Counted from the first letter of the stretch, positions 8,793 to 18,724 are shown. The stretch: 64,000 nt of DNA from Candidatus Anstonella stagnisolia (GCA_902384585.1 CABMCJ010000002.1:156179-220178), one strand, 5' to 3'. Made by a program: numbers and translations. Notes: a model not told the origin generated them from the sequence alone.

Positions 8793-10537
8793 ATTAGCAC
8801 CCCGAGTATTTCGTCTGTTTTTCGCAAGTTCCAGTTTCCTTTCACATTCTTGTTCGCAACCATTGCAACTGGAACCCCTGCTGCATTGCACGCTCGCTCA
8901 TCTGAAATGCTGTCCCCTATGTAAAGCGGGGAGGAATAGCCAAGCTCTGCGAGCCTCTTTTTCGCAAGCAGGATTGGGGCGGGCGATGGCTTTTCCTGCG
9001 CACAGTCCTCCTGGCATACAATGCACTCCTCAAGGAAATATGCGCCCCATTTGTTTGCATCAAGCGCATATTGGAGCTCTTCGCGCGGGCGGCTTGTCAC
9101 TATTCCAAGCGCAAAACCCATATTTTGGAGCGACTGGAGCGTGCTCTCTTTTATGAGGGGCGTTTCAAGGGAGCGGAGCGAGAAATAGTTTGCGTTGAAT
9201 GCGTTGCGCAATTGGGAATAGAGAGCGGTTTGCTTTTCTTCTTGGGAAAGCGGTTTTGCGGATTGCAGGTTTTTCCCAGCAAGTGAAACAATCCTGTAAG
9301 TTGCGTCCCATTCGTTGTTGAAGCCGTATACACCTTTTATTGTGAGGACATCTTTCATTGAGACGCGCGCTGTTTCGCCTGTTTTTCCAAAATATTCGTT
9401 TGCGGTTTTTTCTATTGAGAAAAGGTATGAGCGCGAAACGTCAAGAAGAACGCCGTCCACGTCAAATAGGATGCTGTCAAATTTTGAGGGGGAGCGGATA
9501 AGCTTGCGGAGGGCTGCAAGCAGAAGGTTGTTTTCCTTCCTTGTTCCAACGCTTATGCGAAGCGTGTTTGGAATGCCTTTCACGCTTGAGCGGTCGCGCA
9601 CGAGTATCCTGAATTTCTCCTCAAGCTCGCGCTGCAGAAGGGTTGCGCTTTTTGTGCCTGCAGGCGGGCGCACTAGGATGAAATTAGTTATAGATGGGCA
9701 AACAGAAAATCCGAGGGATACTAGTTCTTTTGAAAGCCGTGACCTTTCCTTTGAAATCTTTTGCACATTTTTTTCCATTAGGGATTGTTTTTTCAGGGCT
9801 GCAAGCGCAATTTGCACGTTTGGGGAACTTATGTTGTAGGGAAGGCGCACGCGAAGCATGAATGAGAGGAGCGCTGGATTTGAGATTGCGTACCCTATGC
9901 GCACGCCTGCCAAGCCCCATGCCTTTGAGAGCGTGCGGCACACGAGCAAATTGGGGTATTTTTCAATTAGCTGGACTGCGCTTTTTCCGCCGAACTCTAT
10001 GTATGCCTCGTCCACAAAAACTATTGCGTTTGCATTTTTTGCGATTTCCTCTATCTCGCCCAAATCCGTTTCTGCCCCAAGCGGGCTGTTTGGGGAAACT
10101 ATGAAAATCATTTTTGTGCGCGCATCCGCTGCTGCAAGAACTGCGTCTGCATCAAGGGAAAAGTTTGCGAATGTGCCTTCAAGGGAAACTTTTTTCACTT
10201 GCGCACCGTTTGCAAGCGCGCATATCCCGTACATAGAGTAGCCTGGCTCAACGCAAAGTACGTTGTCTCCGGCACCGGCGAATGTGCGCACTGCAATGTC
10301 AATTATTTCGTCAGAGCCGTTTCCAACAAGCACATTTTCCGCCTTGCATTTGGAATATTTCGCAAGCGCTGCGCGAAGTTCCTTGTAGTCAGTATCCGGG
10401 TAGCGGTTAAGCTTTCCGGAGATTGCATACGGGCTCTCGTTGAAATCAAGGAGCACGCTGCCCATGTTGCGGGGGTATTCGTAGCTTGCGCGCAAAATTT
10501 GCGGGCGCACGAGTGAGGTTAGTTGTTTTGTGCCCAT
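8789..10537 (-). CDS. hisC: Histidinol-phosphate aminotransferase fused to a C-terminal HAD-family phosphatase
   Basis: GNGSDE, DEAYIEF, RTLSKAWGLAGVRIGY; then ILFDVDGVL (DxD), KPSP, YIGDSISD. Confidence 0.93.
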   Translation of the reverse strand: MGTKQLTSLVRPQILRASYEYPRNMGSVLLDFNESPYAISGKLNRYPDTDYKELRAALAKYSKCKAENVLVGNGSDEIIDIAVRTFAGAGDNVLCVEPGYSMYGICALANGAQVKKVSLEGTFANFSLDADAVLAAADARTKMIFIVSPNSPLGAETDLGEIEEIAKNANAIVFVDEAYIEFGGKSAVQLIEKYPNLLVCRTLSKAWGLAGVRIGYAISNPALLSFMLRVRLPYNISSPNVQIALAALKKQSLMEKNVQKISKERSRLSKELVSLGFSVCPSITNFILVRPPAGTKSATLLQRELEEKFRILVRDRSSVKGIPNTLRISVGTRKENNLLLAALRKLIRSPSKFDSILFDVDGVLLDVSRSYLFSIEKTANEYFGKTGETARVSMKDVLTIKGVYGFNNEWDATYRIVSLAGKNLQSAKPLSQEEKQTALYSQLRNAFNANYFSLRSLETPLIKESTLQSLQNMGFALGIVTSRPREELQYALDANKWGAYFLEECIVCQEDCAQEKPSPAPILLAKKRLAELGYSSPLYIGDSISDERACNAAGVPVAMVANKNVKGNWNLRKTDEILGVLI

Positions 10538-10541
10538 AATA

Positions 10542-11801
10542 TCACTTTTTTATTCTTTCAAGCGCACTTTTTGCGTGCGCCTGCAACCCTTCTGCATTTG
10601 CAATTTCCGCGGTATTTTCCGCAAGCGTTGCAAGCCCGCTTTTTTTCACTTCTATTATTTCCACTGTTTTCATGAAGGAGGAAACTGACAAGCCGCCTGC
10701 GAACTTTGCGCTCCCGCCTGTTGGGAGCACGTGGTTTGAGCCAACGCAGTAGTCCCCGAATGCCTCGCAGGAGTTTTCCCCTACAAAAATTGCGCCAGCG
10801 TAGCGGATGAGGGGGAGGAGCTTGTTTGCACTTTTCAGCTGGATTTCAAGGTGTTCGGGTGCGAACTCGTTTGAGAAATCCACTATTTGCTGCAAGTCCT
10901 CAAAGTTTGCAGTAACTAAAATCAAATTTTGCAGGGACTTTTGCAATATTGTGCTCCTTGAAAGCGTTTTTGCCTGCGAAGATGCCTCTTTTCTTATCTC
11001 TGCTGCCATTTCTTCCTTGCATATCACAACCGCAATGGAATCCTCGCCGTGCTCAAGCTGTGCGAGGCAGTCTGCTGCGATTGTTCGCGCATTCGCACTT
11101 TCATCCGCAATTATGAGCACTTCGGTGGGTCCCGCAAGCATGTCTATGTCGCAGGTTTCGCTGCGCACCTGCCGTTTTGCCTCTGTTACATAGGAATTGC
11201 CGGGCCCGACTATTTTTTGAACTTTTGGAACAGTTTGCGTTCCGTATGCCATTGCCGCGATTGCCTGAGCGCCGCCTATTGCATAAACTTCTTTTATGCC
11301 GCAAATTGCGCACGCTGCAAGCACTGCGTCCGAAGGGGAAGGGGAGCAGAGGATGAGCTTTTCGACACCAGCAACCTGTGCGGGGATTGCGCACATAAGA
11401 ACTGTGGATGGGTAGGCTGCTTTTCCCCCTGGGGCGTATATCCCCGCGCTTTTTATGGGAACTGTTCTTTGCGTTATTTTTGCATAGGCGTTGTCTATTG
11501 TTTTTTCTTTTGGAACGGACTTAGTGCACGTTTCCCGTATGTTTTTTGCCGCAAACTGGAGGGCGGATAGAAGCTTAGGAGGAATGCATTCTTTTGCGCA
11601 TTTTATTTCGTCTTGGCTTATGCGCATTTCCGGTATGGATTGTATGCCTCCGAACTTGCGCTCATAGAAGAGGATTCCCTCGTCTCCTTGGGACTTCACG
11701 CGCGAGAGGATTTCGCTCACGCTGGCATCAACGCCCTGCATTTTAGCATTTTTGCGAAGGGATGCGGGGTTGCATTCGGATAGTTTGTATTCTAGTGCCA
11801 T
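10542..11801 (-). CDS. hisD: Histidinol dehydrogenase
   Basis: GIYAPGG, GGAQAIAAMAYG, DMLAGPTEV, AQLEH, APEHLEI, GDYCVGSNHVLPT. Confidence 0.96.
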   Translation of the reverse strand: MALEYKLSECNPASLRKNAKMQGVDASVSEILSRVKSQGDEGILFYERKFGGIQSIPEMRISQDEIKCAKECIPPKLLSALQFAAKNIRETCTKSVPKEKTIDNAYAKITQRTVPIKSAGIYAPGGKAAYPSTVLMCAIPAQVAGVEKLILCSPSPSDAVLAACAICGIKEVYAIGGAQAIAAMAYGTQTVPKVQKIVGPGNSYVTEAKRQVRSETCDIDMLAGPTEVLIIADESANARTIAADCLAQLEHGEDSIAVVICKEEMAAEIRKEASSQAKTLSRSTILQKSLQNLILVTANFEDLQQIVDFSNEFAPEHLEIQLKSANKLLPLIRYAGAIFVGENSCEAFGDYCVGSNHVLPTGGSAKFAGGLSVSSFMKTVEIIEVKKSGLATLAENTAEIANAEGLQAHAKSALERIKK

Positions 11802-11947
11802 GTTAAACACGCTCTGCATGGAAGGGCGTGGGTGCCCTACTGATGAAGAAGGACTTTCTCTGCTGTATCCCACATTTTTCCCATATGCCCATTTTATGGG
11901 GAAACAGGTATTTAAAGCTATCGCTTTGGCGGCGAAAGAAAAACAAA

Positions 11948-12352
11948 CTAGAGCTTCTTTATCTGGACGCTTTTTGCAAGCCTTTGGGAGAGAAGGAGTT
12001 TCTCAAGCGCTGCGGGCGATTTTTTGCATGAGGAGAAATCAAGGAGCGCCTCGTAAGTTGCGGACTGCCCGCGCATGCGGCTTGAGGACTCGCTCCAGAT
12101 AAGGTCTGCGCCCTCTTTTGCAAGGAGAAGGAGGATTTTGGAAAGAGTTCCGGGGGAATCAGACATTTCGAGGCGCAAATGGTGCAGCTCCTCGCCCATT
12201 GCGGCAAAGGGGACTACTGAAATTGTTTTTTTCTCATCGTCAAGGAGGAGAAGGACGTTTGAGTTGGACTTGAGGTTGAGCATTTCGCGAAAAGATGCCG
12301 GGACTATTAGGCGTCCGCGCTCGTCTATGCGTCCAACTGAATTTTTTGCCAT
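11948..12352 (-). CDS. AbrB/MraZ-type DNA-binding domain fused to an ACT domain; probable transcription regulator
   Basis: GRIDERGRLIVPASFREML (swapped hairpin) plus DSPGTLSKILLLLAKEGADL (ACT). Confidence 0.8.
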   Translation of the reverse strand: MAKNSVGRIDERGRLIVPASFREMLNLKSNSNVLLLLDDEKKTISVVPFAAMGEELHHLRLEMSDSPGTLSKILLLLAKEGADLIWSESSSRMRGQSATYEALLDFSSCKKSPAALEKLLLSQRLAKSVQIKKL

Positions 12353-12391
12353 ATGTTCACTTTTTTGCCAAGAGCGCAACCTTCTTCGCCC

Positions 12392-13666
12392 TTAGTGCGA
12401 TTTCTTGCCTTGGAGTTTCTTTATTGCCTCTTCTATTGAGCACAATTCCTCGTCGCCGCTTTTCAAGTCACGAAGCGTGAGCTTTTTCGCAGCCTTTTCC
12501 TTTTCCCCTACGATTGCAATATATGCAACACCGCTTGCGTTTGCATAGTCAAACTGCTTTCTCAAATTTCTCTCAAGCAAATCAAGCTCGCAATTTATGC
12601 CTTTTTGGCGAAGTGCCCATGCGATTTCAACTGCATATTCAAAAAATTCAGGCTTTGCGTTTGCGATAAAGAGCTGCGCGACTGCGGAAGTTGCACCCTC
12701 GGATTTCTTTTTCTCCTCAAGGAGCGCAATCAGGCGCTCTATCCCAAGGGAAATCCCTACTGCGGGGGAGGGAACGCCGTACGTGCCCACCATATTGTCG
12801 TATCTGCCGCCGCCTGCAACTGAACCGATTTCTTCGGATGCGGAAATTTCAAACACGCTTCCTGTGTAGTAGTCAAGCCCGCGCACCAAGGAAAGGGAAA
12901 TTTCAGGCTCAAAGCTGTAAAGTTTGCACGCATTTACAACTGCCTCAAGCTCGTTTGCGCCCTCTGTTGCGAAATCGCCGAGGGTTTTTTTCACAAAGGA
13001 AATTGTTTTTTCGTTTGTGCCGGAGAAGGAGATGAATTTCTCTATTTCGGATGCAGCTTTTTCGGAAATGCCCTTCATTATCATTTCTTCCTTTATTTTT
13101 TCAAGTGTCTGCTTTCCGACCTTGTCAAGCGCGCGGAACATTGCGTTTTGCTTTTCTTGGGGAATGCCTGTTTTTTGAGCAAGAGCGTTGAGAACCTTGC
13201 GGTTGTTGAGCATTAGTTTGGGTGCGGGAAAGCCGAGCTTGAAGAGTGCGAATTTTGCGCACGCGAGAAGCTCTGCCTCGCAGCGGGGGGAAGTGGAACC
13301 TACTACATCTATGTCTGCCTGGAAGAATTCCCTAAAGCGCCCTTTTTGCGGCTCCTCGCGCCTCCATACTGGCGCAATGCAATAGCGCTTGAAGGGAAGC
13401 GGGAAAGAATTTGAAGCGACAACGCGCGAAAGCGGGACTGTGAGGTCAAAGCGCAGGCCCATTCCGCCCTCTATTTGGAATATTTGCCCTTCTATCTCGT
13501 CCCCGCCTTTTTTCTGGAGCACTTCGAGTTTCTCTATTGCGGGCGTTGCGAGCGGGAGGTAGCCAAAAGAGCGGAAAACCCCTTCTATTTTTTGCATTGT
13601 GTCCAAGCGCACGTTCATTTGCGCCGGAAGGAAATCGCGCATTCCTTTTGGTACTGTATAGTCCAT
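12392..13666 (-). CDS. hisS: Histidyl-tRNA synthetase
   Basis: PKGMRDF, LRFDLTVP, RREEPQKGRFREFFQ, RGLDYYTG, GGGRYD. Confidence 0.97.
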   Translation of the reverse strand: MDYTVPKGMRDFLPAQMNVRLDTMQKIEGVFRSFGYLPLATPAIEKLEVLQKKGGDEIEGQIFQIEGGMGLRFDLTVPLSRVVASNSFPLPFKRYCIAPVWRREEPQKGRFREFFQADIDVVGSTSPRCEAELLACAKFALFKLGFPAPKLMLNNRKVLNALAQKTGIPQEKQNAMFRALDKVGKQTLEKIKEEMIMKGISEKAASEIEKFISFSGTNEKTISFVKKTLGDFATEGANELEAVVNACKLYSFEPEISLSLVRGLDYYTGSVFEISASEEIGSVAGGGRYDNMVGTYGVPSPAVGISLGIERLIALLEEKKKSEGATSAVAQLFIANAKPEFFEYAVEIAWALRQKGINCELDLLERNLRKQFDYANASGVAYIAIVGEKEKAAKKLTLRDLKSGDEELCSIEEAIKKLQGKKSH

Positions 13667-13674
13667 TTGCACAC

Positions 13675-13986
13675 CTATTGGAGGAAGGGTTCTATCCATT
13701 TTTTCAGCGCATCCTTGCTGGAGCCGCCCACGCGCGTAGTGATGGGCTTTCCATCCTTGAAGAGCATAAGCGTTGGGATGCTTGAGATGCCGAACTGGGA
13801 GGAGAGCTCCTGTTGCTCGTCCACGTTCACTTTTTTTATCTCAAGCTTTCCGGAAAGTTCCTTTGAGAGGGTTTCCATTGTGGGCATGAGCATTTTGCAC
13901 GGGCCGCACCAAGGTGCCCAGAAATCAACAAGCACAACGCCTTTTGAGGTTGCCTTTGAGAATGTGTCTTTTGTAAGCTCTTCCAT
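13675..13986 (-). CDS. trxA: Thioredoxin
   Basis: DFWAPWCGPCK, SIPTL. Confidence 0.95.
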   Translation of the reverse strand: MEELTKDTFSKATSKGVVLVDFWAPWCGPCKMLMPTMETLSKELSGKLEIKKVNVDEQQELSSQFGISSIPTLMLFKDGKPITTRVGGSSKDALKKWIEPFLQ

Positions 13987-14031
13987 ATTTTCACCTACCC
14001 ATCTTTTGCCCACAAGGAATTAAAATGAGTG

Positions 14032-14502
14032 CTACTCTGGGGCTGGCGCGAGTTCGCTGAAGTATTCCTTGAATTTTTGCGTTGTGCGCACGGACTTTGA
14101 GCGCCCTGCGCGCTTTTGCTCCACAAAGCCCTTTTCAACAAGCTCTGCGACGTCATTGTATATTGTGCTTCCGAGCTTGCGGAAGAGCTCGCGCTTTGTA
14201 ATGCCGTTGAACTTGTTTATGTAGGCAAGCGTCTTGAGCGCGTGGCGGCTTATTTCCGCCTCTTTTGCAAATTCCTTTGCGACTTGCGCGTATTCGCCCC
14301 TAAGAGTCATGTAGTATTTGCCGTCCTCGCACACCACTTTTACGGAACTGCCGAATTTTTCGTATTCGGACATTAACTCCTTTACTTTTGTGTCCACGTA
14401 GCCGGGCGCTGCGACTTTGATGAGTTTTCCAATCTCCATCGCCGTAAGCGAGCGGGAGCTCATGAAAAGCGCGGCTTCAATTGTTTTTAGCTGTTCGTCC
14501 AT
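14032..14502 (-). CDS. scpB: SMC-Scp complex subunit ScpB
   Basis: IEAALFMS, ALKTLAYI, TTQKFKEYF; adjacent to scpA. Confidence 0.9.
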   Translation of the reverse strand: MDEQLKTIEAALFMSSRSLTAMEIGKLIKVAAPGYVDTKVKELMSEYEKFGSSVKVVCEDGKYYMTLRGEYAQVAKEFAKEAEISRHALKTLAYINKFNGITKRELFRKLGSTIYNDVAELVEKGFVEQKRAGRSKSVRTTQKFKEYFSELAPAPE

Positions 14503-14514
14503 GGGAACACCAGG

Positions 14515-15459
14515 TTATGAGGTTTTGCCTTTCTTTGCTGCGATGCTTTTTATTTTTTCAGCAGATGCTGTTTTTTCAACTTGAATGTTAAAGCTTTTTA
14601 GGGGTTCGCTTTTTATCTCTTTTTTGGCTTCTTTTGCCTTGCCGTTAGTGTCTTTGAGGCGTATGAAAATCTCCTGAAAGAAATCCTCCTGGCGCAGTAC
14701 TATCTTTTCATCCTGCACAAGGTGGAGAAGCGGGAGGAAGGTGTATATCACGCCTTCGGGACTCTTTCCAGATACCAGATTTGAAAAGAGGACATACCCC
14801 TCGGCATCAGATTTTGCACCCGTGCAGATGTTATCGTACACCTGCTTCATTTTCTCCTCTATGTCAAACTCCGGGAGCTGGATGTTCATTATTTGGGGCA
14901 CTTTTATTTCGGATGCCTTTGTTTCGCGCTTCTTTTCAGCCTGCATTGCCTCTTCCATTGCGCCCACGAGCTCCTCAAGGGTTACGGGGCGGCGTGGCGG
15001 GATGCGGCTCTTGAGTTCAAGCGCATCTATTGTGAGGGGCTGCCCCTCGTCCACTTCGCCCATGTACTCTTCGAGAGTTGCCTGCGGGCTCTCCTCTGCG
15101 ACGGTGAAGGAATCGGACTTGAAGCGAAGCAGGATGGAAGCTGCGAGAATTATGTTTGCTGGGACGCGCAGGTCCTCCAATTTGAGCGTTTGTATTTTCT
15201 TTATGTAGCCGTGCGTGAGCTTGGAAATGTCTATGTTCCACGGGTCAAGCTTTTGCGCATGCACCATTTCGTAAAGCATTTCCTTCCAGGTAGGCACCTG
15301 TATCATTTTTTCTATGTTCACGTCCTTTGCATCTGCCTCAAAAGAAGCGCTTATGCGCGCTGTTTCGGCTTCCTCGCCCGCCTCGAAATTCTCCTCCTCG
15401 TCTTCGGATTGGAGCTTTGACTGGGAGATATCTTTCTTGGAAGCGGTCGCCTGCCTCAT
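14515..15459 (-). CDS. scpA: Segregation/condensation protein A (kleisin)
   Basis: LDPWNIDISKL, AASILLRFKS, RPVTLEEL, FLPLLHL...QEDFF. Confidence 0.9.
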   Translation of the reverse strand: MRQATASKKDISQSKLQSEDEEENFEAGEEAETARISASFEADAKDVNIEKMIQVPTWKEMLYEMVHAQKLDPWNIDISKLTHGYIKKIQTLKLEDLRVPANIILAASILLRFKSDSFTVAEESPQATLEEYMGEVDEGQPLTIDALELKSRIPPRRPVTLEELVGAMEEAMQAEKKRETKASEIKVPQIMNIQLPEFDIEEKMKQVYDNICTGAKSDAEGYVLFSNLVSGKSPEGVIYTFLPLLHLVQDEKIVLRQEDFFQEIFIRLKDTNGKAKEAKKEIKSEPLKSFNIQVEKTASAEKIKSIAAKKGKTS

Positions 15460-15515
15460 GGGACGTTTATCTCGTATGTTATTTTTATAGGTTGCTGGTG
15501 GCTTCCTTGTGGGGC

Positions 15516-16319
15516 TTACTGTGGATAGCCGGGGTTTTCGTACAAAAGGCGGATTTCCCCTGCGGAAAGCGGGCGGTTGAAAATCATCACTTCGTCTATT
15601 GTGCCGTTGAAGTTGTAATCGCCGGTAGCGCTGCCGGAGTATGTGCCTATGTAGATTGTGGCTGCACCGGAGCCGGTGTCTGCTTCCCTTGTGGAATTGC
15701 CAGCAATTGAGGCTTCGTTCCCATTAAAGTAGAATTTTGGCATGTCCCAGGAGGTGTCCTCAACTATTGCGACATGCTGCCAAACGCCGTTAGTGAGCCC
15801 GGTGGAAGTATAGGTGCGCCAGTTAGTTGCGCCATAATAGTAGTACCTTAGGACGTTTGAGGATTTGTCCATCCAGTATTGGGTGCCCTTGTCCAAAACT
15901 GCACCGCGCTGGTTGTCCGTGGGTTTTATCCATGCGATTAATGTCCTTGTGGCGGGCAGGCTCAATCCGTTTCCGCACGATACGTAATCGTCCGCGCCGT
16001 CGTATTCCAGGGCATAGTTGCTTTTTCCAGAAGTCCAAGTTGGGGAGCGCGTAGCATTCGCGCTGAACGTGCAATTTGCGCCGCCTTTGCTGTCTATGGA
16101 AGTTGTGCCGCCATTTTCATCGAATTTCCAATATGCGACCAAGCCCTGCAAAAGGTCTGGGTATTCCATTAACGCTATGCTGAACTGTATGTCCGACTGC
16201 TGGTTTTTTGCGTCCTTTGCGCTTTCAATCGGCCAGAAAAGGACTATGGACACCATTAGGGCTACGAAAAGGATTGCCCCAAGAATAACCAGATACTCCG
16301 TAGCTCCTTGCGCTTTCAT
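15516..16319 (-). CDS. Class III signal peptide (pilin-like) LamG/concanavalin A-like domain protein
   Basis: MKAQGATEY plus hydrophobic helix; GLVAYWKFDE, WQHVAI, FNGTIDEVMIFNRPLS. Confidence 0.88.
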   Translation of the reverse strand: MKAQGATEYLVILGAILFVALMVSIVLFWPIESAKDAKNQQSDIQFSIALMEYPDLLQGLVAYWKFDENGGTTSIDSKGGANCTFSANATRSPTWTSGKSNYALEYDGADDYVSCGNGLSLPATRTLIAWIKPTDNQRGAVLDKGTQYWMDKSSNVLRYYYYGATNWRTYTSTGLTNGVWQHVAIVEDTSWDMPKFYFNGNEASIAGNSTREADTGSGAATIYIGTYSGSATGDYNFNGTIDEVMIFNRPLSAGEIRLLYENPGYPQ

Positions 16320-16362
16320 GGGAATTCTTCTATAACAAACAAGAAAAAGGTTTGCGGGGCGT

Positions 16363-17547
16363 TTATGCGCCCTTTTGCGAATGCAGGTGCACGATTGGGA
16401 TTTGCACCCCTGCAGCCTTTGAGAACTGCTTCGCCTTTTTCTCAACAAGGGTGCAGAGCGCGGAGTCGGAATAGAGCACAAAGTCCTCGCCTATGCTTGT
16501 GGAAAGGAGCGCGTGCTCAAGGGCATGGAAGCGGTGGTGGAAATGCATTTGCGAGCGGGTTGCGAGCTCCTGCGCAGTAAGGCCGTATATGCCGGAATTT
16601 TCGTGCGGGATTTTCAGGGAAATCGGGGTGATGGGCTCCATTTTATCAACGCACACTATATGCAAGGTGCCTGCGCCGGAGGGACTGGCTGCGGTTTTTG
16701 CTCCCTGTGCCTTGTCTTTTATTGGGAAGAATTTTGCTGCTGCCTCTGCAAGCGAATGCGGGCGGGGGGACTCCGGCTCTTTTGTGCGCAAATGCCTCTG
16801 CTCGTTGAGCTGGAAGAGAAGAGGGGGGGTGAGGCCTATTGGGTGCAAAAGTTCGGGCTGGGAAAAAAGCGAATCAGGCGTGCCGCTGAAAATATGCGCC
16901 CCGCGGTTGAGCACTATTACGTTGTCCGCCCATTCGTATGCGGTTTCCACGTCGTGCGTGGAAATCACGATTGTTTTTCCAAAATGGTTGAGCTCTTCGG
17001 AAAGTTCAAGGAGCTCGTGCACCATTTGAGAGTCAAGCCCTGCTGTTGGCTCGTCCATTATGAGGACTTGGGGATCCATTGCAAGCGCGCCTGCGAGCGC
17101 AACGCGCTTTTTCTGCCCAAAAGAGAGCTGCTGTGTGGGGCGCTCCCTGTATTCCTCCATCCCGACTGCTGCAAGGGACTCCTGCACTCGCCTTGAAACT
17201 TCGGCTGCAGGCAGGCCCATGTTGAGCGGCCCAAATGCGATGTCCTCCTCTACGGAAGGCGCGAAAATCTGGTCGTCGGGGTTTTGGAAAACAAGGGAGA
17301 TTTTTGAGCGGAGGAGCGAGAGGGATTTTGCATCGTAAGGGACGGGCTTCCCCTCAAAGAGCACCTCGCCTTCCTGCGCCTTGTGCACGCCGTTGAAATG
17401 TAGGAAGAGCGTGCTTTTTCCTGCGCCGTTTGGGCCAAGTATCACTGTTTTCTTCCCTTTTTCTATTGAGAGGGAGACGTTTGAAAGCGCGGCATTCCCT
17501 GCCTCGTAGGAGAAAGAAAGGTTTTTTGTTTGAAGTATTTGTTCCAT
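16363..17547 (-). CDS. cbiO: ECF cobalt/nickel transporter ATPase with C-terminal extension
   Basis: GPNGAGKST, FQNPDDQIF, LSFGQKKR, MDEPTAGLD. Confidence 0.92.
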   Translation of the reverse strand: MEQILQTKNLSFSYEAGNAALSNVSLSIEKGKKTVILGPNGAGKSTLFLHFNGVHKAQEGEVLFEGKPVPYDAKSLSLLRSKISLVFQNPDDQIFAPSVEEDIAFGPLNMGLPAAEVSRRVQESLAAVGMEEYRERPTQQLSFGQKKRVALAGALAMDPQVLIMDEPTAGLDSQMVHELLELSEELNHFGKTIVISTHDVETAYEWADNVIVLNRGAHIFSGTPDSLFSQPELLHPIGLTPPLLFQLNEQRHLRTKEPESPRPHSLAEAAAKFFPIKDKAQGAKTAASPSGAGTLHIVCVDKMEPITPISLKIPHENSGIYGLTAQELATRSQMHFHHRFHALEHALLSTSIGEDFVLYSDSALCTLVEKKAKQFSKAAGVQIPIVHLHSQKGA

Positions 17548-17548
17548 T

Positions 17549-18337
17549 TTACCAGCTCCAGAAATTCCCGATTATGTAAAGGAGGATGAGGGTGAGAAAA
17601 GGGAATGCGAACCAGAAGAAATTAATGGCTGCGGGCTTTTTGTATATGGGAAAAGAGCCGTTGTAGCCCCTGCTCTCAAGGGCCTCTGACGCCCTGCCCG
17701 CAAAATCAAGGCAGCGCAGGAACAGGCTGCCTGCTATTGTGCCGCTTGTGCGAATCGAATTTTTCATTCCCCTGAAGCCAAGGCGGCAGTCCGCTGCCAC
17801 AAACATTCCGGCTGCAAGCTCAAGGAGCATGAAGGAATAGCGGTAGATGAGGATGGTTATTTCAACTGCATAGGATGGGATTCGAAGCTGCAAAAGAGCT
17901 GCTGCGAAATGGGAAATCGGAGTGGAGGCTGCGAAAAATATGAGCACGAAAAAGCCTGCGAGCGAGCGCACGAGCACAAGGGAGGCCTTGGTTATGCCCT
18001 CAATGCTTGCGGCCAGTGTGAAGCCTGATGAAGAGACAGAGTATGCGGTTTCACCAGGGGTAACTATTGCAATCAGGAGCACGCCCGCAATTATCACCAT
18101 CGATGCGTTTAAGGCAAGCGCAATGAATATTTTTGGGAACTTGCCACGCGTGGAGTAAAGGAGAAGGGCAAGGGAGATTATGAGCACGAGAAGCGGCACA
18201 AGGATTGTTTTTGAAAGCAAAGAGCCGCACAAAAGCGATATGCACAGGAGAAGCTTCCCTAGAGGGGGCCAGTTTTTTGCAGCGCTTTCGTGCGCAAGTG
18301 GGTCAAGTCCGCTTCCTTTCATGCAATCGCCTTCCAT
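17549..18337 (-). CDS. cbiQ: ECF cobalt transporter T component
   Basis: Membrane protein with LIYRY, CRLG and SRGY motifs; operon context. Confidence 0.9.
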   Translation of the reverse strand: MEGDCMKGSGLDPLAHESAAKNWPPLGKLLLCISLLCGSLLSKTILVPLLVLIISLALLLYSTRGKFPKIFIALALNASMVIIAGVLLIAIVTPGETAYSVSSSGFTLAASIEGITKASLVLVRSLAGFFVLIFFAASTPISHFAAALLQLRIPSYAVEITILIYRYSFMLLELAAGMFVAADCRLGFRGMKNSIRTSGTIAGSLFLRCLDFAGRASEALESRGYNGSFPIYKKPAAINFFWFAFPFLTLILLYIIGNFWSW

Positions 18338-18411
18338 TGAATCCGAAATACGGTCATTCCCATGCCCTTGCCTGCGCGCGCCAAAAGCCTGCTTGTTTCC
18401 ATATTGTAGCC

Positions 18412-18720
18412 TTAGTTTTTGTTCTCGCTTTTCCCTTTTTCGTACCCTATGAAGTAGCCGATTATGATGGCGCCTATTGAAGCCTGGAGCGCAAAAAGCA
18501 TGGACTCTGTTTCAGGCGGGGGTTTCCAGAAGGAAGAGAACCAGGGCTTGTAGTTTGGCGCCTGCTGCGCAATCAGGTCCCTGCCCGCATTGTCCGCACC
18601 GCCGAATTTTGCGTTGGGGTTGAGCAGGAAGGGAAGCGCAAAAAGGGCGAACATGAATGCCAATGCAAGCAGGTAGAGAAAACTGCGGTTTTTGAAAAGC
18701 GGGTTTTTGAAAAAATCCAT
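18412..18720 (-). CDS. cbiN: ECF cobalt transporter accessory subunit
   Basis: FGGAD, YKPWF, PPETESMLFALQASIGAIIIGYFIG. Confidence 0.92.
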   Translation of the reverse strand: MDFFKNPLFKNRSFLYLLALAFMFALFALPFLLNPNAKFGGADNAGRDLIAQQAPNYKPWFSSFWKPPPETESMLFALQASIGAIIIGYFIGYEKGKSENKN

Positions 18721-18724
18721 GGGC

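Noticed and set aside
11802-11900. Possible His attenuator leader peptide upstream of hisD
   Set aside because: The short ORF (MGIWEKCGIQQRKSFFISRAPTPFHAERV) has only one His and no terminator/antiterminator pattern
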